This document shows positions 40,742 through 54,473 of a stretch of DNA of 64,000 nucleotides, piece by piece; position 1 is the stretch's first letter, and each line of letters begins with the position of its first letter. Below the pieces are notes generated by a model. It saw only the letters and a list, made by a program, of their open reading frames with translations, was not told where the DNA came from and ran no database searches. This stretch comes from Octopus vulgaris (taxonomy: Eukaryota): contig OX597834.1 of the NCBI GenBank assembly GCA_951406725.2, positions 11,098,001 to 11,162,000 of the forward strand, written 5' to 3'. The translations under genes and the position numbers were made by a program.

Positions 40742-41769
40742 GTTTTTATGCTGCGTTACCATCTTTGTAATGCTTCTTTGAAATGTCCCTTATCTGCTAA
40801 CATTATAGAAAAGAATGACATTATTAGTTTTTACTTCTTGTTTATGTTGTTAATGCCGTCATCATTCTTGTTGATATGTTGTTTTCAAAAGTGTGCAGAC
40901 GAGTTAATTTGGCGCTCGCTAATGGCCAGCCTTTGACTTCGTATTCCCAAGGATTTTAATAATTATGACGCTATTATTTTTCAAGCCTAATGTATATTTG
41001 CAAAAACTCATGTGTTCTATTCAATTAATTCTCATTCCATTAAAAAATATCACAAGGAATTCTATGGAGTATTTTTATTTTCAATCTTATTAGACTCCCG
41101 CGTCACGAGATGTTAGCACCTTTTTTTTTTTTTTTTGGATTAATATTTAACGACATATTGGATTAATATGTTTTTCAAGTACAGCAATTCCTCAAGGAAT
41201 GTGAATTATTTTAACCTGCATTTTCAATAACAACAACAACAACAACAGCAACACGGAGACAACAACAACAATAATCAAAAATTTTCGTCTGAAATTTATT
41301 TGAATAATTTAAGCTGTCTATTTGGTTCGATCTGATTTCTAATGGCGTGAAGTAATTTGAATAACACCTTTGCAAAACAAGATTTAAGTGAATATTTTCA
41401 TGAACAAGAAACATAAAGATATAACAATGCTTACTTTGCAGCAATACATACATTTTTTTTTCAGACAAGGAAAAATTTTAAATTCAGGCGGTGTTATCAG
41501 CAACAACTAAAATACTGAAAAAAAATTATGATGCTACACATACGCTGAGGCTGAATTTTCTCTGTGCAAGTTGTAAGGTGTCTTTACTGAAAATTCTGCC
41601 CGTTAAAAAAAAAAAATATATATTACATCCGACACGCCCTATTTATATATATATATATATATATATCAAGCATATCAGGTGGGGGGGTAGGATTTCGGGT
41701 AAGCCGCTTCCCGGCATTTCGATCGTCTTTATGTTGACCTCAAATTATGCCAGTGCAGTATTTTGCTTT

Positions 41770-41797
41770 CTCTTCTTCTTCTTCTTCTTCTTCTTCT

Positions 41798-41836
<39 letters not shown>

Positions 41837-41839
41837 TCC

Positions 41840-41883
<44 letters not shown>

Positions 41884-42075
41884 TTCTTTTTCTTTTTCTT
41901 TTTTCTTTTTTCTTCTTCTTTTTCTTCTTCTTTTTCTTTTCTTTTTCTTTTCTTTTTCTTTTTCTTCTTCTTCTTCTTCTTCTTCTTCTTCTTCTTCTTC
42001 CTCCTCTTCTTCTTCTTCTTCTTCTTCTTCTTTTTCTTCTTCTTATTCTTCTTCTTCTTCTTATTATTATTATTA

Positions 42076-42115
<40 letters not shown>

Positions 42116-42144
42116 TATCATTATTATTATTATTGTTATTATTA

Positions 42145-42175
<31 letters not shown>

Positions 42176-42225
42176 CATTATTATCATTATTATTATTATC
42201 ATTATTATTATTATTATTATTATTA

Positions 42226-42307
<82 letters not shown>

Positions 42308-42317
42308 CATCATTATT
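41770..42317. repeat. (TTC)n then (TTA)n tract
   Basis: Directly visible. Confidence 0.96.
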
Positions 42318-42625
42318 TTCTTCTTCTTCTTCTTAGTCCTTGCTACTCCTTGTGGAGCATAGGGCCTCAACAGTTTTTTTTCCACTTTTTGCAATCATTG
42401 GCGTGTGTTTTGTCTGCTTCCTATGTCAGGCCGGTGGTCCTGAGCTCGTCCAAAATGCTCCGCTTCCATGTCTGCTTCGGGCGTCCTCGCCTCCTTTTCC
42501 CCTGCGGGTTCCAATCAAGTGCTTGTCGTGTCATATTTGAGGGTTCTTTCCGCAGTGTGTGTCCGATCCATCTCCATTTCCTTCGTCTTTTCTGAACATG
42601 TATGGGCTCCTGGTTGGCCCTTTCC
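42318..42625 (-). mobile_element. RTE-clade LINE 3' end with (GAA)n tail
   Basis: RRKWRWIGHTLRKEPSNMTRQALDWNPQGKRRRGRPKQTWKRS...VEALCSTRSSKD*, followed at once by (GAA)n. Confidence 0.9.
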
Positions 42626-43039
42626 CACAGGTCGGTGTTTCATCCCTTCAATAAAATAAGTACCAGCTGATCATTAGAGTCAATGAAATCGACCCCCTCC
42701 CCGAACTAACTAGCCTTGTGCCAAAATTCGAAACCAACATATATAATAAACAGATTTCAAAGGGTCAATGGCAAAAGTTACGTACTTATAACCTGATTGA
42801 ATCACCGTGATTGAAAAATTAGGTCAAGAAAAACGAAAGCGAAAACTGAGATGCATTTTTCTATTACTACATGGAATCGGTTATTTTGCTGCCTGAGAAT
42901 GAAAAATTCGCTCATATCTTGGAATATATATGTATACCATGTAAGGAAAAGCATAAGACACTTCCTACCTATCTCACACTACTTTCAGCACTACTTCTGC
43001 TCGTGTTATTATTACCATTATCATTCTTCATTTCTTCGT

Positions 43040-43349
43040 CTTCTCTTCTTCTTCTTCTTCTTCTTCTTCTTCTTCTTCTTCTTCTTCTTCTTCTTTACTT
43101 CTTCTTCTTCTTCTTCTTATTATTATTATTATTATTATTACTATTATTATTATCATTTTTCTTCTTCTTTACTTCTTCTTCTCTACTTCTTCTTCTTCTA
43201 CTTCTTCTTTACCTCTTCTTCTTTACCCCTTCTTCTTTACATCTTCTTTTTCTTCCTCTTCTTCTTATTATTATTATTATAATTATTATTATTACTATTA
43301 TTATTATTATCATCATTATTATTTTTTCTTCTTCTTTTCTTTTTCTTCA

Positions 43350-43388
<39 letters not shown>

Positions 43389-43618
43389 TATTATTATCAT
43401 TTTTCTTCTTCTTTACTTCTTCTTCTTCTTCTTCTACTTCTTCTTCTACTTCTTCTTCTACTACTTCTTCTTTACCTCTTCTTCTTTACATCTTCTTTTT
43501 TTTCTTCTTCTTCTTCTTATTATTATTATAATTATTATTATTACTATTATTATTATTATTATCATCATTATTATTTTTTCTTCTTCTTTTCTTTTTCTTC
43601 ATATTATTATTATTGATA

Positions 43619-43678
<60 letters not shown>

Positions 43679-43690
43679 CATTAATAATAA
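43040..43690. repeat. (TTC)n/(TTA)n compound tract containing a ~240-bp higher-order duplication
   Basis: Block ~43140-43375 recurs at ~43383-43612 with the same interruptions. Confidence 0.85.
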
Positions 43691-45040
43691 TAATCTTAGG
43701 CAGATAAACATATCTGTGTTTATGAATCAGCATACGTATCTAGTAATATGTATTTGTGGTTGCATTTTTATGCATGTATAAATGTATAAACATATACAAG
43801 CATTTATATAAGCATGTACATGCATCCCCGTGCGCACACACGCACACAAACACACACCGCATATTGACACAGACAGATAGAGAGAACATGAAAGTGAGAG
43901 AAATGTAAATGTGTTATACATACGCATTTTTTCATTTGGTTTGTTATATTTCTGTGGAATATGCACCGTTTTGGCACGTAATTATATCTATTGCATATAC
44001 ATGCATAACACACGAATTATTATTTTTTTTAAAGCTGACTAAATGCGCGTCAGAATATCACGGACATACGTGCATTTCCATAAACGAGTCTTCTTGAAAA
44101 AAAAAAATATATAAATTCAGTCAGAAATATTTTTGTAGAGGGTAACATAATTACGGGTGCAAGGAGATTTGTAAACGAAACCTTAACGCAAAGAAAAGAA
44201 AAACGACTGATACTAAAACCTAACTAAATAAATATAGTGTGAATTTACTTCATATAGCTTTAGAAATAACTGAACGAGGTGTGGCTTCCTCGGAAATTAA
44301 CGAGGACAGAAGAACGGAAGAAGAAAATAAATAGCGCATGGGGAAATAACAGCAAAACTGCACAAAACGTAGTAATATGTACAAATTGGGAAATAATAGT
44401 AAAGATTTCACACTTGATAATATCTCTGTCGTTGCGATGTGTGTTTTTTAATGATAAATTAAGAGGTTTCGTTTGTTTGTTTGTTTGTTTAATGAATTCT
44501 TTAGTATATATTTGGAAACTGAAAAAAAGGGAAGAAATGCGTAGATAATATAAGTAGCTTATTACTTGTCGATTTTTCCTGCAAGCTTTAAATATCTACA
44601 GAGGAAAAGAAAAAACAAAGAATATACTGACATCCAAATATAGACGGAACTCTAGATTCCGTTAGGTGCAAACAGAAAAAAATAAACTAACTTATAGATA
44701 TACAGAATGTAAAAAAAAAAAAAAAAAACGGAGGGAATAAAGAAAAAAAAGTCTTGCAGAAATAAAAACTGATATATAATCCTATCGCATTCGTAGCGTT
44801 ACATTTATGGTTATCGTGGAATGCCACATTACGATTAAAGTTTCATCCGTAAATAACATACAAGCCTCGCTTTAATCACTATAATAATTACGTAAGTCGC
44901 AGATTTATATATACACAACGAGATGTTTAAAGTTTATGCGACCTTTGTGTATATATATATGTGTAAATACATACATATATATACATATATCTGTCTATCT
45001 CTCTATATATATACATGTGTGTATATATATATATATAGTG

Positions 45041-45215
<175 letters not shown>

Positions 45216-45218
45216 ATA

Positions 45219-45256
<38 letters not shown>

Positions 45257-45258
<2 letters not shown>

Positions 45259-45394
45259 GGTGTAAACACATAAATGTGAAACAAGGTGGAAAAAAAGAGT
45301 ACTCAAATACCAGTGGTAGAGCAATATGCTTTATTTAAAGCAGCAGAAAATTCAGAGTAACATGTTTTGTAGAATTTTCTGCTGCTTTAAATAA

Positions 45395-45398
<4 letters not shown>
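45257..45398. mobile_element. short (TA)n-embedded fold-back insert
   Basis: Perfect 25-bp inverted repeat 45329-45353/45372-45396; (TA)n on both sides. Confidence 0.7.
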
Positions 45399-45445
<47 letters not shown>

Positions 45446-45586
45446 GGTGCAGTCGTTGGTGTGTTAGAAGATGCTTCCTAAACAAAGGGTTCCAATTTCT
45501 GTCTCAATGCGTGTCATGTTAGGCAAGTGGCTTCTACAAGCCTTTTGAGTGGATTTGGTAGTCGGAAACTAAAATAAACCGGCGTG

Positions 45587-45644
<58 letters not shown>

Positions 45645-45725
45645 TTTATAGATAGATAGATAGATAGATAGATAGAGAGATAGGATATGGATGGATGGAT
45701 GGATGGATGGATGGATGGATGGATG

Positions 45726-45772
<47 letters not shown>

Positions 45773-45947
45773 GGATGGATTATGAGGCAACTAAACAAAT
45801 ACAACTGCTTGGATTAATATACAAAATGCACTGGGTAATTGATTAAGTCGCAGATTTATATATACACAACGAGATGTTAAAGTTTATGCGACCTTTCTGT
45901 ATATATATATATGTAAATACATACATATATATACATATATCTATCTA

Positions 45948-46022
<75 letters not shown>

Positions 46023-46026
<4 letters not shown>

Positions 46027-46314
46027 TAATTAAGGGTAGAAATTGATATTAGTCAATTAAAACCAGTGGTCTAGCATATTAAAAAGAATCCTAAGATTAA
46101 AATGTTTTTACATATAAAATAAGTTCTGAACACGAAAAGTGGACAGTCAACATGCTAGATATAGACGTCAAATCGCCATTCTCCACAGAGAGTATGTTCT
46201 CAAATAAAACTCAGCTGAGTTTTATTTGAGAACATACTCTCTGTGGAGAATGGCGATTTGACGTCTATATCTAGCATGTTGACTGTTCACTTTTCGTGTT
46301 CAGAACTTAATTTG

Positions 46315-46320
<6 letters not shown>
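46023..46320. mobile_element. family S element ending in a spacerless 212-bp palindrome
   Basis: 46109-46214 is the reverse complement of 46215-46320 (centre CTCAG|CTGAG); (TA)n on both sides. Confidence 0.85.
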
Positions 46321-46376
<56 letters not shown>

Positions 46377-46469
46377 AATATACATATATTTAAATTTCCT
46401 CATTTTTTATTTTTATTTTGTAGCATGCAAAATTAATTTGTAACCGTATTACTCTTGTCGTTTGTAAAT

Positions 46470-46831
46470 TGCTGAATGATTAATTCCCCGACAAATATAT
46501 GGGTCTATGTGGGGCGCATGAGTGATCTGTCGGGAGTCTCGACTTAACACACTATGACATCTTTCATTAAGGGTTGTTAAAGAGACAATCCTACTGTACC
46601 TAGCAAACAATTTGGAAGACCTTGAAGGGTTAATACAAGAAGTTAAATCTTCCATCGCACAAGAGTTTCTGGTGAAATCAGCTGACGGAATTCCTAAGCG
46701 ACTCTAAAAGCCAGTGGCGACATGTGGAGCCCATATCCAATTTTCAATAAAACCTCATGTTAAAAGCTTTCCTCTCATATGCATATTTTTTGTAAAAATT
46801 ACAATGAATAAATAAAATAATAGTCACCCTG
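46470..46831 (+). mobile_element. degenerate Tc1/mariner-superfamily transposase C-terminus plus right terminus
   Basis: FPDKYMGLCGAHE*SVGSLDLTHYDIFH*GLLK...LEDLEGLIQEV (cf. FPxRWIGRxGxxxWPxRSPDLTPxDFFLWGxLK); ends CACCCTG|TA. Confidence 0.75.
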
Positions 46832-47847
46832 TATATACATGTATACGTGTAATTAAACTTCAATCACTGTGTATATACATGTATACAGGTAAATATATAA
46901 AGAAAGCAAAGTCTGAAATGTTTTAGACAATACATTTTCAAGAATAAATATATACATATTTGTATACCTAAAGAATAATCTTACACAGAGTAAAAAGACA
47001 GAAAATCAAAGGGGAGAATGTATGGTGTGTCAGGTGTCCCGGAGTTAGTTCATAATATATACAGGTGTAGTGGAGGAAAATGTGCAACTGGTAGTAAAAG
47101 CAAATAGATATTGGATAGATCCAGACTCCGTCTTCACGAAGGAGAGATCATGCACATTGATATATAGAGAAATACGTATATATGCTTGTGTGCGTACGTG
47201 TGTCTGTGACTCTGTGTGCGCGCGTGTGTAGGTATGTATGTGAGTGTGTGTGTGTTTGCATGTGTGTGTGGGCGTATGTGTGTCTATTGAAAAACCCCTA
47301 AGATGCTATATGCCAAACATGTTTATTTGTAGAAAGTGCTCCGAGTAAGACTAAGATTTAAAAAGCGTGCGAAGTACTTGTTGAAAGCGTATGAAATAAG
47401 AGGTCATTTGGTACACCATCGATGGTTAAAAACAACTAAAGAAATGGGTGAGTTTTTTCGAGATAATTAGCATTTTCAATGCAGAATTAAAGCGAGCAGA
47501 ATTCAACCAAGCACCTTCCACCAATTTCGAGGGAGGAGCTAAGATGATTACATCGATCTCAGTACTCAACAGGTAATTTATTTTATGGAAGCCCGAGACG
47601 ATGCAAGTCAACTTCAACATCGGCGGGATGCGAACTCATAACAGTTTGTCTCAGCTTCCCTACACAAGGCTGCTTATATAGACTACATCACTTCGAGCAG
47701 TGTGTTTGGTCAGGTTAAATGTGTGTACGTGTATGTTAATCAAAGACGGGATTCAGTATTTCCCAGCAGAGCTACAAATGTAAAGTATAGATATTTTTTA
47801 ATCCATAATGTTCTTAAAATTAGTGACGGTCTTCCACTTTCACGAAT

Positions 47848-48291
47848 GGACAGCCGGAGTGGCTGTGTGGTAAGTAGCTTGCTTAACAACCACATGGTTC
47901 CGGGTTCAGTCCCACTGCGTGGCACTTTGGGCAAGTATCTTCTATTATTGCTTCGGGTCGACCAAAGCTATGTGAGTGGATTTGGTAGACGGAAACTGAA
48001 AGAAGCCCTTAGTATATATATATATAAGTGTGTGTGTGTGTATCTGTATATATGTGTGTGTGTGTGCGTTTGTGTCTCTGTTTTTGTCCCCCCCAACATC
48101 ACTTGACAACCGATGCTGACGTGTTTGCCTCACCGTAACTTAGCGGTTCGGCAAAAGAGACCGATAGGAAATGTACTAGGCATCCAAAGAATAAGTCCTA
48201 GGGTCGATTTGCTCGACTAAAAAGGCGGTGCTACATCATGACCACAGTCAAATGACTGAAACGAGTAAAAAGAGTAAAAGAGTAAAAGAGT
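47848..48291 (+). mobile_element. SINE family A, full length
   Basis: Family A head, internal microsatellite and tail. Confidence 0.9.
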
Positions 48292-48609
48292 ACATATGCG
48301 TGTGCATGCGTGCGTGTGCGTGCGTGCGTGTGCGTGCGTGCGTGTGCGTGCGTGCGTGCGCGTGTGTGATTAACTGTGTATTATTTATCAGCAACGAAAG
48401 CGGCCTTTGTAAGGAATATTAATTTGCACTTGCAACTTAACGCCCTAAGCTGCGATTATCATCCTGAGAAATCACCTCGTTCAGACGATGATTGCTCGCA
48501 CTCAACGTCTCTTCGAGAGGAATTCTCAGTGGTTTTATCTCAAACGCTCACACAAGAGAGAATCCTACAATTAAACATTAAATACATGCAAACATGCGCA
48601 CATGTGCCT

Positions 48610-48665
<56 letters not shown>

Positions 48666-48783
48666 TCTCAAACATACACACAGACACACAAGCATGTCCG
48701 TATGCACACATAAACTGTCAGACAGTAGCTTTATACACACACATGTACTTATTTTCAGGCCGCAGCCGCACCCATACACTCAT

Positions 48784-48950
48784 ATGTTTCTTTATTAGAC
48801 ACAAGGGGCTAAACACAGAGGGAACAAACAAGGACAGACAAACGAATTAAGTCGATTACACCAACCCCAGTGCGTAACTGGTACTTAATTTATCGACCCT
48901 GAAAGGATGAAAGGCAAAGTCGACCTCGGCAGAATTTGAACTCAGAACGT
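48784..48950 (-). mobile_element. 5'-truncated SINE B
   Basis: Reverse complement of the family B body and tail. Confidence 0.88.
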
Positions 48951-50035
48951 ACCCATACGCTGAAGCCTTCTCAACACAAAAATATTAAAAAGGAAGGCGG
49001 GCAACAATAGTTGCCTGCCGAAGGATCCTAAGTCTTCGGTAGGTGGGGAGAGACTCCGGACAAAGCGGAAGAGCTCCACTCTCCCTAAGTCAGGAAGAAA
49101 AGAAAAATTAGGTAAAATTATACTAATGCGTCCTAAATTAATTAAATTCTATGTCTTTGTGCATCTGAAGATTGCTCTACATTTTAAATTGATGTAAGTA
49201 AATGATTGCATTGTTGAATTAAATGGAGTCGCATGAAACGATCGTACTGCATTACTTCTGAATATCCTTGTTGCTTATTTTGATCATATATATATATAAT
49301 TGCAGCGTAGAATCGGCACAACTGATATATAGTTAATGGGATAATGGACGAAGAAGAATGGGTCATCGCAGGGGGGAGATGATGTGCCGTCTTCATGTCC
49401 CGAAGTTGTGCCACCCACGTTCGAAGAAACGACTCCCACCCTTAAAGATGATGAATTAATTATCTTTTTCTATAAGGGCGGGGAGGTGGAAAAAATAGTA
49501 GAAGAACATAAAGAGACAGTAGATATGCCGTTCACACGGGATCTCGAATGACCTTCGCAGATAGCTGTGGAGGTCATAAGGATTACCTTGTGGGAAAGGC
49601 TTAAACGATTTGGGGAAGGAGTGTCACATATGGCCGGGTGGCCCTCACAAGACTTACATGTCCTACATGAGTGAGGCATGAGAAATGGCGGTATAGAGGA
49701 ACTCAAGCGGCATTGAAGATAATGATGAATATATCGATGGATATATCGAAGAGTAGGAGGTGAAAAAGCCTCGATGGAGGGTTTGAAACCTCATCTTATT
49801 GTATTATTTTGATATTTTAATCTTTTTATTCGTTTTTTTATTCGTATTTTTTTATTCGTTTTCTTGCTTTGTTTTCTTGTGTTTTAAAAAAAGTTCTAGC
49901 CTAAGGTTAAATTAATTGTGTATAAAATATATTTTAGTAAATTTTTAAATGATGCCATACGAACTCGTATAACATTTCTGTTTGTCCTGTGCTGTCCCAT
50001 TCTGTATAAGATCGTCCTGATCATAATAAAGATTC

Positions 50036-51058
50036 CATCTTATTGTATTATTTGTAGTGGTTTATAACCTCAATTGTGTGTTTAAAAAAAAACATGTTAA
50101 GTAAAAGGTTTTAGTGTCTCGGTCTTGTAAGAGGTTCGAAACCTCATATTAATTTTTAAAAAAAGGAAAATATGTTTTCGGGAAAAATTTAATCGTCGAG
50201 TTTTAGGGTTCGCCTCTCATTTATTCATTTTATTTCATTTTCATTTATTAATGTTTTTGTTCGGCCCGCAAAGCTACACAATCTTTGTACTGTCTATAAC
50301 GACAAATTTTAGGAAAAAAAGAAGCTTGGCTTAATTCCGCACATGCGCATTGGTGTTTTGCTTTAACACTTGAACAAGGAGGACATGAGCTAGTGTGCTC
50401 CGTCCTAAAACTGAAAATTAAGAAGTCCATTTGAGGTAGGTGATTTTGTTTGTTTTGAGCTGGGCATGATTTATTGTTTTGGAATTTTTTTCAGTAAATT
50501 TCGCCCAGCTCTGGGAGAATTTTGCCTGCTCTCGGCGGCTATTGTGATTTCTTTGCTTGATGAAAAAACGTTGGGGGCGTATCCCCGCTCAAAAATTGAA
50601 GTTTGTTTCAGTCACTGAAAATTTGTGTGGCCCATTGTGGCAAAGATTAGTCTTCTGTGGATTTCAGCTCAGAGTACCAGCCAAAGAAGAGGGCAAGGAG
50701 CACCTGTGGCCAGAATTGTGTAGTTACCATTTGGAACCATATTTTTTTTTATTTCTTCCGTGTTTTCCCTTCTGTTTTTTGAGGGTTTGAAACCTCATCT
50801 TATTGTATTATTTGTAGTGGTTTATAGCCTCAATTGAGCGTTACAAAATAAAAACATGTTAAGTAAGAGGTTTTAGTGCCTCCTTCTTTTAAGAGGTTCG
50901 AAACCTCATATTGATTTTTAAAAAAAAAAGTATGTTTTCGAGAAAAATCCAATCGGCGAGTGTTGGGTTTCGTCTCTCATTTATTCATTTTATTTCATTT
51001 TCATTCAATAATGTGTTTATCCAGCCCGCAAAGCTACACAATCTTTGGACTGTCTATA
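50036..51058. repeat. pair of ~262-bp direct repeats (50036-50298 and 50796-51058)
   Basis: CATCTTATTGTATTATTTGTAGTGG...GCAAAGCTACACAATCTTTG.ACTGTCTATA in both copies. Confidence 0.9.
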
Positions 51059-51076
51059 TAACAAATTTCATGAAAT

Positions 51077-51450
51077 AAAGTAGCTTGCTTACGAACCTCA
51101 TTGTTCCGAATTCAGTCCCACTGTATGGCACCTTAGGCAAGTGTCTTCTACTATAGCCTCGGGCCGATGAAAGCCTCGTGAGTGGATTTGGTAGACGGAA
51201 ACTGAAAGAAGCCCTTCTTATATATATGTATGTATATATATATATGTATGTGTGTGTTTCTGTTTGTCTCCCTAGCATTGCTTGACAACCGATGCTGGTA
51301 TGTTTACGTCCCCGTAACTTAGCGGTTCGGCAAAATAGACCGATAGAATAAGTACTAGGCTTACAAAGAATAAGTCCTGGTGTCGATTTGCTCGAGTAAA
51401 GGCGGTGCTCCAGCATGGCCACAGTGAAATAACTGGAATGAGTAAAAGTA
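51077..51450 (+). mobile_element. SINE family A, nearly full length
   Basis: Family A sequence from AAGTAGCTTGCTTAC to the tail. Confidence 0.9.
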
Positions 51451-51725
51451 AAAAACAAAGTATGACCTCTATTTATCAATAACGCATGTTCAGTTAGTTT
51501 GTTAGGAGAGTAATTTTGTATTTCAGTAGCAGAGAGATTATATAGAGAAGGTATATATCTTAAATATTGCACTGTGTTTTGTTAAAACGTTGTCTTTTAA
51601 GATGATTGCCTTTGATTTGTGATATTTTGCCGTGTGTATACAGGTTCGTATGTATTCTTGCACAAGCATACATACACACACAAGTACGCACTCATACACA
51701 TATATATATACATGTTCACATACGT

Positions 51726-51760
<35 letters not shown>

Positions 51761-51800
51761 CACGCACACATATATATATAAAAGTATATACAAACACATG

Positions 51801-51836
<36 letters not shown>

Positions 51837-51960
51837 CACAAACATATGCACACACATATACATAGACACATACAGACACTCACATATATACATACATATA
51901 TACATACAGACACTCACATATATGTACATACATATACACACACGAACACACATACATATA

Positions 51961-52606
51961 TCTATATATATAAAACTCAACTTGTGTGTCTGTGTGTTTA
52001 ACTTCCAGGCACATCTCCTCCTAGCCAACAAATCGTAGATCCACCAAAAATGGGTCACTTAAAGTTTAGGCGAATAAAAATTGAACTGCGCTATTTCTGT
52101 TCCGAAATTCATCTCGCAAGTGCAAAAATCGATAATTTGTTTGTTTAGGCCTTATCCCATGCATTGAATAGTGAACTTTACTCAGTCAGCTGTTTGACGC
52201 GTGCAAGCATGCATAAATTGCATGAAAAATAAAAAATCAAGATGTAAAAAACGAATCGCCGTAAGCATTGTCGAAATTCGGCAAAAAATGGATTTCCGGG
52301 ATGTAGACTGGAGGGTTTTTTCGTATTAATCGTTTGGACTTTGTGAACAAATACCAATTGTTTTCATAACATTTTAACTCTTTGAATTAAATGTGACCAT
52401 TTAGCGTTGAGTTTGCAGTTTGAATCACTTTAACTAAATTTTAGCAGTCCGGATTTTTTATCATCACGATACATCGCTAGCGACTCCCTGAAACTCTCCC
52501 CTGAAATCCCCGTTGAGAAATCTATTATATATATAATAATATTTTGAATGTGACTCCTGAGAAACAGTAAAAGTAATTATCCGATGAACGACGGGTATTA
52601 CTGCTA

Positions 52607-52607
<1 letters not shown>
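51961..52607 (+). mobile_element. non-autonomous Helitron
   Basis: A|TCTATATATATAAAA start (5' end resembles that of 21829-22222), degenerate hairpin TCCGATGAACGACGGG, end TACTGCTAG|T. Confidence 0.82.
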
Positions 52608-52640
<33 letters not shown>

Positions 52641-52643
<3 letters not shown>

Positions 52644-52843
52644 TAAGTAATTCAGGGTTTAGCAACGATTTGCCTCACCACACACCGAATTTAGAAATAG
52701 CAGTCAAAAAGTTTTGGCTATTCTTTCTACTTAGTATTACTTACTATTACTTAAACCTTCCTTGAATGGGTCATTTACATGCCGAACTATACTTGGTAAA
52801 ATTAATGATTATTTCTAAATTAATTAATTTCACCCTTTATTAT

Positions 52844-52845
<2 letters not shown>
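52641..52845. mobile_element. family S element with an internal inversion
   Basis: 52641-52709 matches the distal half of 24818-25029 directly; 52736-52845 matches its proximal half in reverse; overlap IR TAGTAAGTAAT/ATTACTTACTA; (TA)n on both sides. Confidence 0.72.
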
Positions 52846-52882
<37 letters not shown>

Positions 52883-53089
52883 CATAAACGCGCACAGGCA
52901 CACGCACACATATATATATACACACACACACGAGTAATCTCGCGCATACTCACACACATATATACATACGTGATTGTATTTGTATTTGTGAGTGAAACTG
53001 TTTTTCTGTGACGTATGTTATGATGTATGTTCGTATCTATTCATTCTTCAGTTTCTACATTATATTTTACTACTGAATTTCTTTTTTTT

Positions 53090-53491
53090 TTTTTTTTTAC
53101 TTGTTTCAGTCATTTGACTGCGGCCATGCTGGAGCACCGCCTTTTAGTCGAGCAAATCGACCCCGGGACTTATTCTTTGTAAGCCCAGTACTTATTCTAT
53201 CGGTCTCTTTTGCCGAACCGCTAAGTGACGGGGACGTAAACACACCAGCATCGGTTGTCAAGCAATGCTAGGGGGACAAACACACATACACAAACACACA
53301 CACACACATATATATATATACATATATACGACAGACTTCTTTCAGTTTCCGTCTACCAAATCCACTCACAAGGCATTGGTCGGCCCGGGGCTATAGCAGA
53401 AGACACTTGCCCAAGGTGCCACGCAGTGGGACTGAACCCGGAACCATGTGGTTGGTTAGCAAGCTACTTACCACACAGCCACTCCTGCGCC
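53090..53491 (-). mobile_element. SINE family A, full length
   Basis: Reverse complement of family A. Confidence 0.93.
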
Positions 53492-53963
53492 TATACATAC
53501 ATTAATTCTTAGACACCATTTGAATTCTACTTAATATGCAATATTATTGGAGAGCATTATGTTCATGCTAGACTAAGTACTGTATAACTACGAAAATGAC
53601 AAGGAGGGAAATGCTAAAGGGATATTTCATTGAATAACAGTTTTGTAGTCGTATAAAAAAGATTGTCATTTTAACGTATATAAGTAACACTTCAGATATT
53701 AGTGTTGCGTTATAAATAAGTTTCCTAACGTAAAATATATTTTAGTTTCAGGTATTGTAGACAGTAACTATTTCTGAATTTGAGTAGTTTGTATTTTATG
53801 GAGTTCAATAGTCGAAAATTACACAAGTACTCCGAATTGCATTTGAATGTTCATGTCACAAAGTTTTATATTTCTGATGTATGACATTTGATTGTATTAC
53901 ATCCTAATAAATTCCATTAAATGTCGCTACCATTTGTTGACTTATTTTACTAATAATTTAATA

Positions 53964-54016
<53 letters not shown>

Positions 54017-54258
54017 AATTTATATATAAATATATATATATATATCTTTATATGTATGTATGTATATATATATATATTTATATATAAATATATATATATA
54101 TATCTTTATATGTATGTATGTATATATATATATATTTATATATAAATATATATATATATATCTTTATATGTATGTATGTATATATATATATATATCTTTA
54201 TATGTATGTATGTATATATATATATATATATAAATATATATATATATATCTTTATATG

Positions 54259-54319
<61 letters not shown>

Positions 54320-54473
54320 ATACTCTTTACTCTTTTACTTGTTTCAGTCATTTGACTGCGGCCATGCTGGAGCACCGCCTTTCATATATATATATATGAA
54401 TTTATAAATATATATATTAATCGTTTGGACTTTGTGAACAAATACAAATTGTTTATATATATGAATTTATAAA

